DNA of 63,448 nucleotides, counting the filler, from Octopus bimaculoides (taxonomy: Eukaryota), in the NCBI RefSeq assembly GCF_001194135.2. It is 6 parts of 5 records of this genome, joined end to end, with 100 filler letters (N's around TTAATTAATTAA, not from the genome) between each part and the next. Parts side by side here need not be neighbours in the genome. Positions count along the whole stretch, not along the records: positions 5,968 to 36,957 come from NC_068986.1; positions 37,058 to 45,928 come from NC_068992.1; positions 46,029 to 59,051 come from NC_068985.1; 3 more parts are not named here. One strand, written 5' to 3'. Below are positions 33,795 to 46,229 of this stretch, one piece after another; position 1 is the first letter of the stretch, and the number at the start of each line of letters is the position of its first letter. Position numbers and translations under genes: made by a program. The notes beneath the pieces are model-generated. The model saw nothing but the letters and a program-made list of their open reading frames with translations. It searched no databases and was not told where the DNA came from.

Positions 33795-35218
33795 GTATAT
33801 GTGAATGTTTGGTAGTTTATGGGCATGTTTGGGTAAAATATGTGTGTGTATGAGAGTATGTACGTGGTTGTTTAAGTGTATGGTGAATTGTATGTATATG
33901 TGTTCAGATGTTTGTGTGCATGAGTTGCTGTAAATATACTTTGTATATGTTTAATTTGGGAGAAATGTTTTTATTTCAATAAAGTGTATTTTATATATAT
34001 ATATGTGTGTGTGTGTGTGTATTAAAGAAAGCAAAAAGATAAAACAAAAATGATTAATGCAAAAGGCTAAATATGTTCGTGTAAAAGAATTCAGTGCTCA
34101 GTATTTTGGCTACATGAATTTCTGTCAAACAGATGTGGTTAAATAAAGGTTAAAATTCAATTATTTTTCATATTGGTTTGGTTTGATTGGGGTCTGTATA
34201 TTTGTGTGAAAGTATGCATATATATATTTATGTTAGTATGTATATATGATTGTACGTATATTTTTAGTGTGTGGTGAATTGTTTACATACACACATGCAT
34301 GTGCATGTGTGTGTATGTACAATGAGAGAAAGAAAGAGAGAGAGAGAGAGAGACGGGGCTAAAGTAGGAAACATTTGGTGTCACACTGTGGTGCTAAACC
34401 CAGAACCATATAGCTAAGAACCAGGCTTCTTGCCACACAGATAGGACGTTGTTTTCTACAACAGAGGTTATAGAAAAAAATAAAAAGTAAGTATATAACC
34501 AGCTTCTGAAAAATTTTAATTATTAATTTGCAATTTATGTATATCTCTTTTAGCATAACATCATGCAACAGATAAAAGTTTCTTTGGGATCTTGTTAAGT
34601 TTTTTTTCAATTTTTGCTGGAATATTTTTGAAAAGCGCAATTTAAATGTTGTTTTGCTTACTGATGGTGAAAATTTTGGTAAATTTATAGTTTAACACCC
34701 AACTCAATTTTGGTGGGAAATAATGTTTTTTCCTCATTTTTTGTCTTGTGCTATCAGCTAATCTCATATACTACTATGGCACAAATGATTTTTTCCAAGG
34801 AAATTTGAGGTCAGCGGGGCAGGACCCTTGGAAATTACCCCCCTCCCTTACCGAGGAGCTATTTTTTTTTCATGTGNNNNNNNNNNNNNNNNNNNNNNNN
34901 NNNNNNNNNNNNNNNNNNNNNNNNNNNNNNNNNNNNNNNNNNNNNNNNNNNNNNNNNNNNNNNNNNNNNNNNNNNNNNNNNNNNNNNNNNNNNNNNNNNN
35001 NNNNNNNNNNNNNNNNNNNNNNNNNNNNNNNNNNNNNNNNNNNNNNNNNNNNNNNNNNNNNNNNNNNNNNNNNNNNNNNNNNNNNNNNNNNNNNNNNNNN
35101 NNNNNNNNNNNNNNNNNNNNNNNNNNNNNNNNNNNNNNNNNNNNNNNNNNNNNNNNNNNNNNNNNNNNNNNNNNNNNNNNNNNNNNNNNNNNNNNNNNNN
35201 NNNNNNNNNNNNNNNNNN

Positions 35219-35262
<44 letters not shown>

Positions 35263-35289
35263 AATAATACAAATGATATATGAGCATAT

Positions 35290-35490
35290 GCATGTATACA
35301 TACATATCTGCATCTACATGTATATATAGATGCATATCCGGGTACAGGACATCAAAAAAGGAACGGGAACATAAGTAAAGCACAAAAAGCGGACTTTTTT
35401 TACGGACAAAAGAATGAACACATAGGAAAACAGACGAGCCACTTATGGAACTTTTCCTTCATCAGCTGCCTCTATTCTAAACTAAGCGTT
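35290..35490 (-). mobile_element. Repeat family F copy
   Basis: Minus strand GAAACGCTTAGT...cagCTGATGAAGGAAaagTTCC...ttttgatgtcctgtacccggatatgcat. Confidence 0.6.
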
Positions 35491-35559
35491 TCAAAGATGT
35501 ATATATATATATATACACACACACACATATATATGTATTTATATATGAGTGTGTGCAAC

Positions 35560-36030
35560 CTACATCAATAGATTAAAAATGAACAACAAAGAATTCAGTA
35601 TGAATAAGGGAAGCCACACCATATAATACACACAAAGAATTGCAATTTATGCACGAAGGAGATGATCCACATAATCCAAGCCAACAAAAAAAGTTTACTT
35701 CCTAAAATATCTGACGTTATAATTAACTATAGACACAAATTAATTAAACTATAGGATTCTAATTTAGCCTTTCTTCATATTATGGACTCTTCTAAAACTT
35801 TATATTATATATAGCGTCGTAATATCCCTTATATTATACATTGTGTTTAACATCATATACCCAAATATAATGGTCCGATCAAACATTCGATTCTTATTTA
35901 ACCCACCATTTCTTTTAAAATTTTAACCTTGTGATTCTATTAACTCTGATGAGGTAAACAGAGTATTGCTATGGTTGGAGTTAGCTCACCCATAGCAACC
36001 TATGTCTTTTTGAAATGTCTGTAAGACTTT
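35560..36030 (+). mobile_element. Penelope-like element 3' remnant (endonuclease C-terminus + terminal repeat with a degenerate hammerhead)
   Basis: KPHHIIHTKNCNLCTKEMIHIIQANKKSLLPKISDVIINYRHK resembles PLE C-termini (K.CNLC..EK..I....LLNKRSE....CRH); CTGATGA at 35946 and GAAA..GTA at 36012-36023. Confidence 0.7.
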
Positions 36031-37001
36031 ATACATGTTCCAGACTCCTTATGAATCATTTTACATCTGCTTTATCATCCTCTTCATTCAAACTTCGCAA
36101 GTACAATTATGGACTTACACTTTTTATATATTTATATTTTTGAATTTTTATGTGTTTATTAATTTTTATATGTGTATGAATTTTAATATATTTATAAATT
36201 TTCGTGTATATGTATTTATAAATTCTTAGAAATGTTTTATATATCATATAGATGAATGCATCTATGTATGTACTTTGTATACCATGGAGAATTTCGTTAA
36301 TATGGATTGAATGAATATATACATCAGCCTTTGAATTTGTTTTCTCCTCCCCTTAATTTTATATATGTATATATATAAATATATAGGAAAAAATTAAGGT
36401 ACTCAGAAATCTGGATGTTTGTACATTTACAGATTTTTATTAATGCAGAAGGTCTCTTTATATAGTTTTATTGAGTGTGTAGGGGTGGAGAGAGCGATAT
36501 ATAGGATAGTAAGAGAGGGTGAGAAAAAGTGAGAGAGTGTGTGTGTGTGTGAGTGTGTGTTTTTTTGTGTTGGTGTGTGTGTCTGTGTGTGTGCTTGTGT
36601 GTGTCAATGGGAAAGAGAAAAGAAGAAAATAGGGTTCATAGCTGGTTAGTTCTTTTCAATGATAAGTTTATTTTTAGCCTTTTAAAGTAATGGCAAAAGC
36701 AGGTGTGATTGTTTTGAAGAAGTTGTTTTTCAAAAAGAATCTTTGGTGTCATTGTCTAGTAGGAGAGTGTGGGTGCGTTTTTGTGTGTGTGTGTATGTGT
36801 GCGTGTGTGTATGTGTGCGTGCGTGCGTGTGTGTGTGCCTGTGTATTTGAAAGGTGTGTCAGTGGGAAGAGGAGGGAAGTGGAAGATTCTGTTTACAGTT
36901 TACAGTTGGTCAGTTCCTGCTGTGACAAGTTCATTCTTGGCCTTTAAAAAAAAAAAGNNNNNNNNNNNNNNNNNNNNNNNNNNNNNNNNNNNNNNNNNNN
37001 N

Positions 37002-37013
37002 TTAATTAATTAA
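37002..37013. other. Artificial scaffold spacer
   Basis: N44-TTAATTAATTAA-N44. Confidence 0.95.
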
Positions 37014-37099
37014 NNNNNNNNNNNNNNNNNNNNNNNNNNNNNNNNNNNNNNNNNNNNTTTATACATCCAACCACGTGCTTTCACATACCAACGTTCTCA

Positions 37100-37201
<102 letters not shown>

Positions 37202-37206
37202 TGCAT

Positions 37207-37373
37207 ACAATATATAGTTATGAGCTATTAATAGTTCATACATTGGACATGTTGTCTTGGCAGGTTTTAATAAGATTCCTTAGAGACACTAGGCTTCAAG
37301 CAATCTTATTAAAGCCTGCCTAAACAGCATGTCTAATGTATGAATCTCTTACTAGCTCATAACTATATATTGT
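37207..37373. mobile_element. Foldback/MITE-like inverted repeat (~70-bp arms, ~25-nt loop)
   Basis: acaatatatagttatgagcta...ggcaggttttaataagatt pairs with aatcttattaaagcctgcc...tagctcataactatatattgt, with several mismatches. Confidence 0.85.
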
Positions 37374-37654
37374 GCACATTAAACAATGTTTATCTTTCAC
37401 CGAATGGAGTACATCTATTTTGTTCATCTTACCTTAAGGGAAATTTAGACTATATATATACATAAAAGATGGGACGGTCATAACTGAAATGTCTTTGATC
37501 AGAACCAGCAACAAATTTAAATTTTGTTAACTTTCAATACTTATATTTGCAAATGGTAGCGTTGTATAATACAAACACACAAATGAGGCAAGAGAGAGAT
37601 AGACTGACAGATAGACTGACAGACTGACAAACAGACAGTTTCAAACGCGCGTAT

Positions 37655-37708
<54 letters not shown>

Positions 37709-38177
37709 TTGCATATATCTATGCAAAATGAGAGATATGAGGAAGCTGAAAAGGGGCAAGAAAGCAAGCATAAATGGGGTAAATATACGCTTTCAGTGAT
37801 TAGGTCTATTCACCGTTCCACAGCTGGAACCGGGACAGGACTTAAGAATTGGAAATCATTGCTAGAGAGACCACAGGAGACTCGGCATACCATATGGTTT
37901 CTTTCTGTTCCGTAGATATTGTTGAAATGAAAGAGTTTAATAAACTCCAAATATGGACGATATAAACACAGCAACCAAGAATTGCATCAGTTATCAGTGA
38001 GTTAATGTAATTCTATACACAAGTAGAGAAATTTGTAAGCAATCAGAAATTCTAGAATTAAAAAAAACACATATCTATACACACATACACACACATACAT
38101 ACATATACACACACATACATACAAACACACACACATATATATATATACATATCTGTGTGCGCGTGTGTGTATATATG

Positions 38178-38246
<69 letters not shown>

Positions 38247-39041
38247 NNNNNNNNNNNNNNNNNNNNNNNNNNNNNNNNNNNNNNNNNNNNNNNNNNNNNN
38301 NNNNNNNNNNNNNNNNNNNNNNNNNNNNNNNNNNNNNNNNNNNNNNNNNNNNNNNNNNNNNNNNNNNNNNNNNNNNNNNNNNNNNNNNNNNNNNNNNNNN
38401 NNNNNNNNNNNNNNNNNNNNNNNNNNNNNNNNNNNNNNNNNNNNNNNNNNNNNNNNNNNNNNNNNNNNNNNNNNNNNNNNNNNNNNNNNNNNNNNNNNNN
38501 NNNNNNNNNNNNNNNNNNNNNNNNNNNNNNNNNNNNNNNNNNNNNNNNNNNNNNNNNNNNNNNNNNNNNNNNNNNNNNNNNNNNNNNNNNNNNNNNNNNN
38601 NNNNNNNNNNNNNNNNNNNNNNNNNNNNNNNNNNNNNNNNNNNNNNNNNNNNNNNNNNNNNNNNNNNNNNNNNNNNNNNNNNNNNNNNNNNNNNNNNNNN
38701 NNNNNNNNNNNNNNNNNNNNNNNNNNNNNNNNNNNNNNNNNNNNNNNNNNNNNNNNNNNNNNNNNNNNNNNNNNNNNNNNNNNNNNNNNNNNNNNNNNNN
38801 NNNNNNNNNNNNNNNNNNNNNNNNNNNNNNNNNNNNNNNNNNNNNNNNNNNNNNNNNNNNNNNNNNNNNNNNNNNNNNNNNNNNNNNNNNNNNNNNNNNN
38901 NNNNNNNNNNNNNNNNNNNNNNNNNNNNNNNNNNNNNNNNNNNNNNNNNNNNNNNNNNNNNNNNNNNNNNNNNNNNNNNNNNNNNNNNNNNNNNNNNNNN
39001 NNNNNNNNNNNNNNNNNNNNNNNNNNNNNNNNNNNNNNNNN

Positions 39042-39078
<37 letters not shown>

Positions 39079-39391
39079 ATGTATCGATGTATGTATATCT
39101 AAAATTGTTTGATTCGGCTTTTTGTGACTTAATGTTTTGCGGGCCTCTGATAGAAACCCGTCTCTTTCAGGGTTACATTACCGATTGAAGAAACAGGAAG
39201 TCCAAGATTGCAACCGGAAAATAGCCTGCTATTGGTCCAGGTGGGTCATGTGGTGTTGTCAGGGTACGATAGATTGTTCACCGATTGCATTTCCTTTAAG
39301 AAGGGTTATTTCTTTGACCGTTTGGCTGGACAGGAAGGTGGCTGCGTCTAACAGTCTGAGTGCGGCAGAAGACCGGTGAGTGTATATACAT

Positions 39392-39572
39392 AGGCGCAGG
39401 AATGGCTATAGGCGCAGGAGTGGCTGTGTGGTAAGTAGCTTACTTAACAACCACATGATTACAGGTTCAGCCCCACGGCGTGGCACCTTGGCAAGTGTCT
39501 TCTACTATAGCCTCGAGCTGACCAAAGCCTTGTGAGTGGATTTGGTAGATGTAAGCTGAAAGAAGCCCGTCG

Positions 39573-39624
<52 letters not shown>

Positions 39625-39842
39625 TGCATGTGTGTGTGTATGTATGTGTGTCTGTGTTTGTCCCCTACCATCGCTTGACAACCGATGCTGGCATGTTTAC
39701 GTCGCCGTAACTTAGCGGTTCGGCAAAAGAGACCGATACAATAAGTACTAGGCTTACAAAGAATAAGCTCTAAGGTCGATTTGCTCGACTGGAGGTGGTG
39801 CTCCAACATGGCCGCAGTCAAATGACTGAAACAAATAAAAGA
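39392..39842 (+). mobile_element. SINE family A, full copy with a duplicated head start and a (GATA)n internal tract
   Basis: taggcgcaggaatggc-tataggcgcaggagtggctgtgtgg...; CpGs retained. Confidence 0.9.
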
Positions 39843-40200
39843 CTCCATCCTTGTGGAGGAGCCTGTTTTCCTTCTATTGAATTATANNNNNNNNNNNNNN
39901 NNNNNNNNNNNNNNNNNNNNNNNNNNNNNNNNNNNNNNNNNNNNNNNNNNNNNNNNNNNNNNNNNNNNNNNNNNNNNNNNNNNNNNNNNNNNNNNNNNNN
40001 NNNNNNNNNNNNNNNNNNNNNNNNNNNNNNNNNNNNNNNNNNNNNNNNNNNNNNNNNNNNNNNNNNNNNNNNNNNNNNNNNNNNNNNNNNNNNNNNNNNN
40101 NGTATGTATAAATTTAGATTCAAGGTGAATATGGTACTTAAGTCTAGGCACCAGAATTAAGTATGGTATTATCCAAACAATTCCAAAATAAGGTGATTAA

Positions 40201-40558
40201 AAATCAAAATAAGCAACAAGGATATTCAAGGTTAATGCAGTACGATCGTTGCATGCGACTCCATTTATTAAAACAAATAAAATCAGTGACAGTTAAAATT
40301 CTGCTTAGAATTAATTACTAGTCTGTTTGATCTGGCTAAGTCAAAATGGTTTTTTGCATTCTTCCTTTCCACTTGGATTGTTTAAATGTAGTTACAATAA
40401 TATGTCCTTCTACTAAAATGAAATTTCGGTAAATTTTCTGTATCTTTGTGCTCTTCATTTTACATTTAATGTAATGCTCACGTTGCTTAAATAAATGGAG
40501 TCGCATGAAACGATCGTACTGCATTAACCTTGAATATCCTTGTTGCTTATTTTGATTT
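40201..40558. mobile_element. MITE with ~70-bp near-identical TIRs
   Basis: aaatcaaaataagcaacaaggatattcaaggttaatgcagtacgatcgttgcatgcgactccatttatt (40201) matches the reverse complement ending at 40558 with 1 mismatch; TTAA/AT-rich flanks. Confidence 0.88.
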
Positions 40559-41054
40559 AAACATATAATTATATGTACGAGAGGTATGAATGCGTGGATG
40601 TGGTTGTTATTGGTCTATGTGTGTGCGTGTTTGCATGTACACATGTGTGCGTGTGTGTATGTGTATGTGTATGTGATTGTGTGTGGGTGCCTGTGCGTGC
40701 ATGCTCGAACGCATTTAGGATGCAAATATGTGTGTGTGTGCATGTACGTGAGTGTATAGATGTTCTTGTCATTTATCTGTGCGGGTACGTGAGTGAGGGG
40801 GTGGGGGTGGGGGTGCAAATGCACGTAGTGTGTGTGTATGTGTGTGTGAGTGAATGTACGTGCTTGTGTGTGCATGTGTTTATCCACGTATATGGAGGCG
40901 AAATTAGGGGCGAAATTACCGAATGCATAAGGCTGTGGTGGTGGGGGGGTCAGTCTGCACAGGGATTGTAGCTTGGAACCCTACTCTCGGTTGTGATTCT
41001 AGAGAGCAGCCGATGTTAAGGTGAAACGTCTGAGTTGTCGGCAGCCAGTGGTTT

Positions 41055-41560
41055 GAAATTCACAAGAAGAGCATACTTCTGGTGGCAGCAATAGGAAAGT
41101 TCATATTTCCGGTTGATAGAAACTGTAGGTTGATAGAGGATGTGAAAACTTTTATGGAGGCAAAGCTGGCAGTAGCGGCTGTTGGGTGAATAGGATAGCG
41201 CCTACCGACAATGGTCTATTTTATGCTGGATATTTCATTCCAGAGGTCAGGGAGCCTCCAGAGGGAGTGAAACAAAGAAGTAGAATTCGCATTACCTCTA
41301 CATCTGAGCGAGTGCACGTGTTGTGTGTACCTTCCCTTGAAATCCTTGACTGTCATGTTCGTGTAGTGCCTTGTGATGCAATTAGATGGCGTGAGGGTGT
41401 CTCTGTAGACTATATCACTTGAGAAGCAGGACTTTCCTAAAGAGCATCTAGTAGGATTTCCGAAGTTACAGGTTGGGGTTGGAGGTTGTGCAGGTGCATG
41501 TCTGCGACTGTTGCAGCGTGCAATATTAGAAGTGATGTTACCAATGCAGGAATAACTCAC
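41055..41560 (-). mobile_element. Penelope-like element GIY-YIG endonuclease remnant
   Basis: TCNFGNPTRCSLGKSCFSSDIVYRDTL..RHYTNMT..DFKGRYTQH..S....NSTSL...LWRL..IK*TIV; after a frameshift YSPNSRYCQLCLHKSFHILYQP..INRKYEL..CCHQ. Confidence 0.85.
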
Positions 41561-41591
41561 TTTGACGTTATATTTGTTGAAATATTTATAT

Positions 41592-41592
<1 letters not shown>

Positions 41593-41680
<88 letters not shown>

Positions 41681-41692
41681 AAGATAGATAGA
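41593..41692. repeat. (GACA)n(GATA)n microsatellite
   Basis: Direct reading. Confidence 0.95.
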
Positions 41693-42334
41693 AAAACAGA
41701 CGTATACATAAGCGATTCTTTACTAATTATGTTCTTTCAAGAAGATAACTGGTTACAAATTGTTACAACAGTTAAATATTCTATTTATCTCTTTTAGCAA
41801 TATCTTTTCCCTGTGACAATTTTACTAAACTCTAACATGTCATTTATATATCTCCTTTCTGAACAGCTTCTCTATTTTGCTTTATATATATATATAATTC
41901 AATATTTTGCACCCTGGTTTCAAAAGAAAGAAGAAAATCAAAACATTCTTAAGTCTTTTTTCCCGCCTTCACAAATATGACAGTTATAACATTATATAAA
42001 AATAATGTGACATTTCTTCGCCGTTAATCCAACCATCCGTTAATAAAAACATTATGCATTCGTTTATGTGGCAATTTTCAACCATTCCATTTCATGCAAA
42101 GTTGGCTGATCCTTTCCTTTTTCTTTAGTATTTCCTCTCCTTTGTTTTATTGTTATCTACAACAGGCCACCACCACCACCACCACCACCATCGCTTCATC
42201 AAATTATTTTGACATATGTAATATTTTTATTACTTTGTTACTTTTCCTGAAGAATCGCGCGCTGAAACTGCAGTCAAATTGTAATGCTGAACAGCTGCAA
42301 CTTTGTTAAATAATGAAGTATACATGTGTGTGTG

Positions 42335-42377
<43 letters not shown>

Positions 42378-42721
42378 NNNNNNNNNNNNNNNNNNNNNNN
42401 NNNNNNNNNNNNNNNNNNNNNNNNNNNNNNNNNNNNNNNNNNNNNNNNNNNNNNNNNNNNNNNNNNNNNNNNNNNNNNNNNNNNNNNNNNNNNNNNNNNN
42501 NNNNNNNNNNNNNNNNNNNNNNNNNNNNNNNNNNNNNNNNNNNNNNNNNNNNNNNNNNNNNNNNNNNNNNNNNNNNNNNNNNNNNNNNNNNNNNNNNNNN
42601 NNNNNNNNNNNNNNNNNNNNNNNNNNNNNNNNNNNNNNNNNNNNNNNNNNNNNNNNNNNNNNNNNNNNNNNNNNNNNNNNNNNNNNNNNNNNNNNNNNNT
42701 ATATATATATATATATATATG

Positions 42722-42940
42722 AGGGAAGGCGTGCAGCTGGCAGAAACGTTAGCATGCCGGGCGTAATGCTTGGCGGTATTTCGTCTGTCTTTACATTATG
42801 AGTTCACATTCCACCGAGGTCAACTTTGCCTTTCATCCCTTTCGGGGTCGAGAAATTAAGTACCAGTTGGGTACTGGGGTCGATCTAATCGACTGGCACC
42901 CTCTCCCAAAATTTCGGGCCTTGTACCTAGAGTAGAAAAG
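42722..42940 (+). mobile_element. SINE family B, near full length
   Basis: gctggcagaaacgttagcatgccggg...gagttcacattcc...tttcatccctttcggggtcga...ctggggtcgatctaatcgact. Confidence 0.85.
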
Positions 42941-42950
42941 CAGATATATA

Positions 42951-43051
42951 TACAAGGGGTGTATGAAAAGTCTTGAGCGTCAAAAACACAAAACATGGTA
43001 CAAGACTTCAAGGCTCAAACGCCTTGAAGGTTCAAAACTTTTCATACATCC

Positions 43052-43060
<9 letters not shown>
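42951..43060. mobile_element. Mariner-derived MITE in a TA tract
   Basis: Left tacaaggggtgtatgaaaagtcttga; right reverse complement tacacagagggatgtatgaaaagttttga. Confidence 0.7.
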
Positions 43061-43106
<46 letters not shown>

Positions 43107-43189
43107 AGCAGCGACAGACAGGCAGACAGACAGACACGAATATAGAGATATAGAGTGGATAGTTAGAAGAATATCAAACATGTATAAAT

Positions 43190-43323
43190 ATCTACGTATA
43201 AAAACAAGCAATATATTCTTTTATTCTACTTGTTTCAGTCATTTGACTACGGCCATGCTGTAGCACCGCCTATTAGCCGAACAAATCGACCCCAGAACTT
43301 ATTCTTTGGAAGCCTAGTACTAC

Positions 43324-43325
<2 letters not shown>
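43190..43325 (-). mobile_element. SINE family A 3' module
   Basis: cttgtttcagtcatttgactacggccatgctgtagcaccgcc...tcgaccccagaacttattc. Confidence 0.8.
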
Positions 43326-43366
<41 letters not shown>

Positions 43367-43414
43367 TATGTCTGTATATATTCATGTGTATATGCTAACA
43401 TTATNNNNNNNNNN

Positions 43415-43469
<55 letters not shown>

Positions 43470-43529
43470 TTTCGAACTCTCGGTACGTTGCAAAAGTTAC
43501 TCAAGGGCCAAGAGTTTCTCTGTATTTGA

Positions 43530-43700
43530 GACGCGTACGTTTCTTATTCCTTTATTGCCCACAAGGGTACTTGATTTATCGACCCCGAAAGGATGAAAGG
43601 CAATGTGAACCTTGGCGGAATTTGAACTCAGAACGTAGCAGCTAACGAAATACCGATAAGCATTTCACCCGACGTGCTAACGTATCTGCCAGCTCGCCAT
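43530..43700 (-). mobile_element. SINE family B fragment
   Basis: tttatcgaccccgaaaggatgaaaggc...tttgaactcagaacgta...ctgccagctcgcc. Confidence 0.8.
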
Positions 43701-45103
43701 GTATCTGCCATGTATGTGTGTATAAATATAAAGTATACATATATACATACAGACATATGTATACATACATATAGGTATATGTATATATGTATATTGACAT
43801 ACATATATACATACATGCGTACATACAAATGTATATATATTGACACACATACATAGGATGTGCTTCTGCATAGCTTCTCTGTAACAAATTCTACATGTAG
43901 TTTATTGGTCAACTACGGCTATGGAGAAGACACGTACGACATTTCTTAGTTAAGCTGTCAGACACTGATAAAACGCAGTTGAGAAGCTAAATTGTAAGCG
44001 GCGCGAATCATGGCTGCTCCCATTAATAACCCATAACGTAGCCATTTAATAAACGATATCACCAAGTTGATCATTGTTTGTTTATTTTTATTTTATTTGT
44101 TTCGTGTCAACAATGGCAACAATACAAGTAGCAGCGACAAACAGCCTTGTTTAAACAATATTCTCTCATTTCACCCAACTGGTATTTAAGAAAATACCAT
44201 TTTAAAACAGATGTCTCCGACAGCAACAAAAGCAGTAACAGATATCAACAAATAATTATATTGAAAGAGAGATTTCAACAAGTTTGCCATACAAAATAAC
44301 CCGTATGCAAGTAGAACGTCCACAGTTTGCAATAAATTGAATTAATAGCCAAAGTACACAGTTTCTGAATAAATTGTCGTGTTTGCTGTATAACTTTAAT
44401 AAGGTACTTGAATAAATATGTCTTCCCTCTTTTTATTTCTTGCCTTTCGGTTCCTTCTTTCTTTCATATAAATCCATAACATCTCTGTAATCATGCTCCT
44501 GTCGTTAGTGGTGTTGCAGTTGTTGTTACCACCGCTGTTGCTACTGCTGCTGCTGTTGCTGTTATTGTTGTTGTGCTACTGTTGTTGTTTTTAAATAATT
44601 GGATTCATTTTCTAATCCGTCTTCCATGCGAAATACGCACACAAACTAAAGCAACATAAATATTATCAAACAACAGAAAAGAAAAGCGATGTTTGGTTTT
44701 AGGTTCTTGTAATGCTATTTTCCTACATTATTCTATCGCGCATTGGTTGTTTGGAAAGAATAGCAGAGTCAGAACCGATATTTCGTTTACCAATAAAAAT
44801 ATTGGATAATTTTAATTCTACATTAAATTTCTGCAACAAGCATTGTATGTGATATTTGTAATCATTTTTATTCAAATGTCATTTGTCTCTTTCTATTAAC
44901 CTTTTGGGCTTCTCTGTGTCATTACGATCCTTAGGATTAGAAATTGTTCGGTAATACTTAATTCAAATCAACAAACGGATCAATACTTTGGTCAAAACAG
45001 ACCGTTGAAATTATCCATCTAAGAACTAAACTCTGATTTTCCTCTGTGTATTTATATATGTGTGCGTGCGTGCGTGCGTGCGTGTGTGCACGTGCGTGGG
45101 TGC

Positions 45104-45149
<46 letters not shown>

Positions 45150-45972
45150 GCGCGCGTGTGTGTGTGAACCAATTCTTTTATCGCATAATCGTCAGCTTCC
45201 GTTAACATTCGATACGTGGAAATGGGAATAAAATGTGAAAATTACCGATGCAATAATCCCAGATTAGCTATATTATAGGATTAAAATTATTAGAAGAAAT
45301 AATTCAGGATACCATGACAAATTACGGAAATGTTCCTATGTAAACGTCCATATATATATATATATATATATATATAGTATCAATCCGTGCGCGTCCTTAT
45401 ATAGACAGACAGANNNNNNNNNNACAGATAGATAGATAGATAGATACATACATACATACATACATACATACATACATACATACATACATACATACATACA
45501 TAAAAACATATGCACATACATACATATACACACAGACACACACACACGCAAACACATGCACGTTAATATTCAGAATTTCGGAATTACTGCATCTTTGATC
45601 CCACAGAGCTAAGATGTAATCGGTTTATTTTAGATTAACAATGATTAGTTATGGATTGTATACTATCAACATTTAAGAATTGTATGATTCAGCCTAGCGG
45701 AAACTTGTTAAAACCATATCTGTTGTGTTTGTGTGTAGCTGTGTTTGTTGACTGTGTATACGTGTATATGTTTGTGCGCGGTTGCTAGGATGAACCCCCG
45801 CCTGTTGCGAGTATATATGTGTGTGTGTGTCTGTGTGTATCTGCGTGTATATGGATGTATATATGATCTTCTGTGTGCGTGAAAGAGAGAGACAAAGCTC
45901 CTGTTGAACATATGCTTATATATATATANNNNNNNNNNNNNNNNNNNNNNNNNNNNNNNNNNNNNNNNNNNN

Positions 45973-45984
45973 TTAATTAATTAA
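45973..45984. other. Artificial scaffold spacer
   Basis: N44-TTAATTAATTAA-N44. Confidence 0.95.
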
Positions 45985-46229
45985 NNNNNNNNNNNNNNNN
46001 NNNNNNNNNNNNNNNNNNNNNNNNNNNNATATATATATATATATATATATATAAGATGAGTGTCTTATATCTAAGATGGGATTCTTATATTCCCAAATTC
46101 CTGAATATTAAGTGTCACGAGAAATTGCGAAGCCTTAACTGTGCTAATGCGAATTCAACTGAAGTTTATATCAGAAAAACAGCGGTAGGAAAAGTGTTCT
46201 AAGATTATATTTCCTGGTCGTGGCTCCAT

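Noticed and set aside
37709-37915. 68-aa ORF with a possible acceptor at ~37795
   Set aside because: No homology and no good donor site; insufficient evidence
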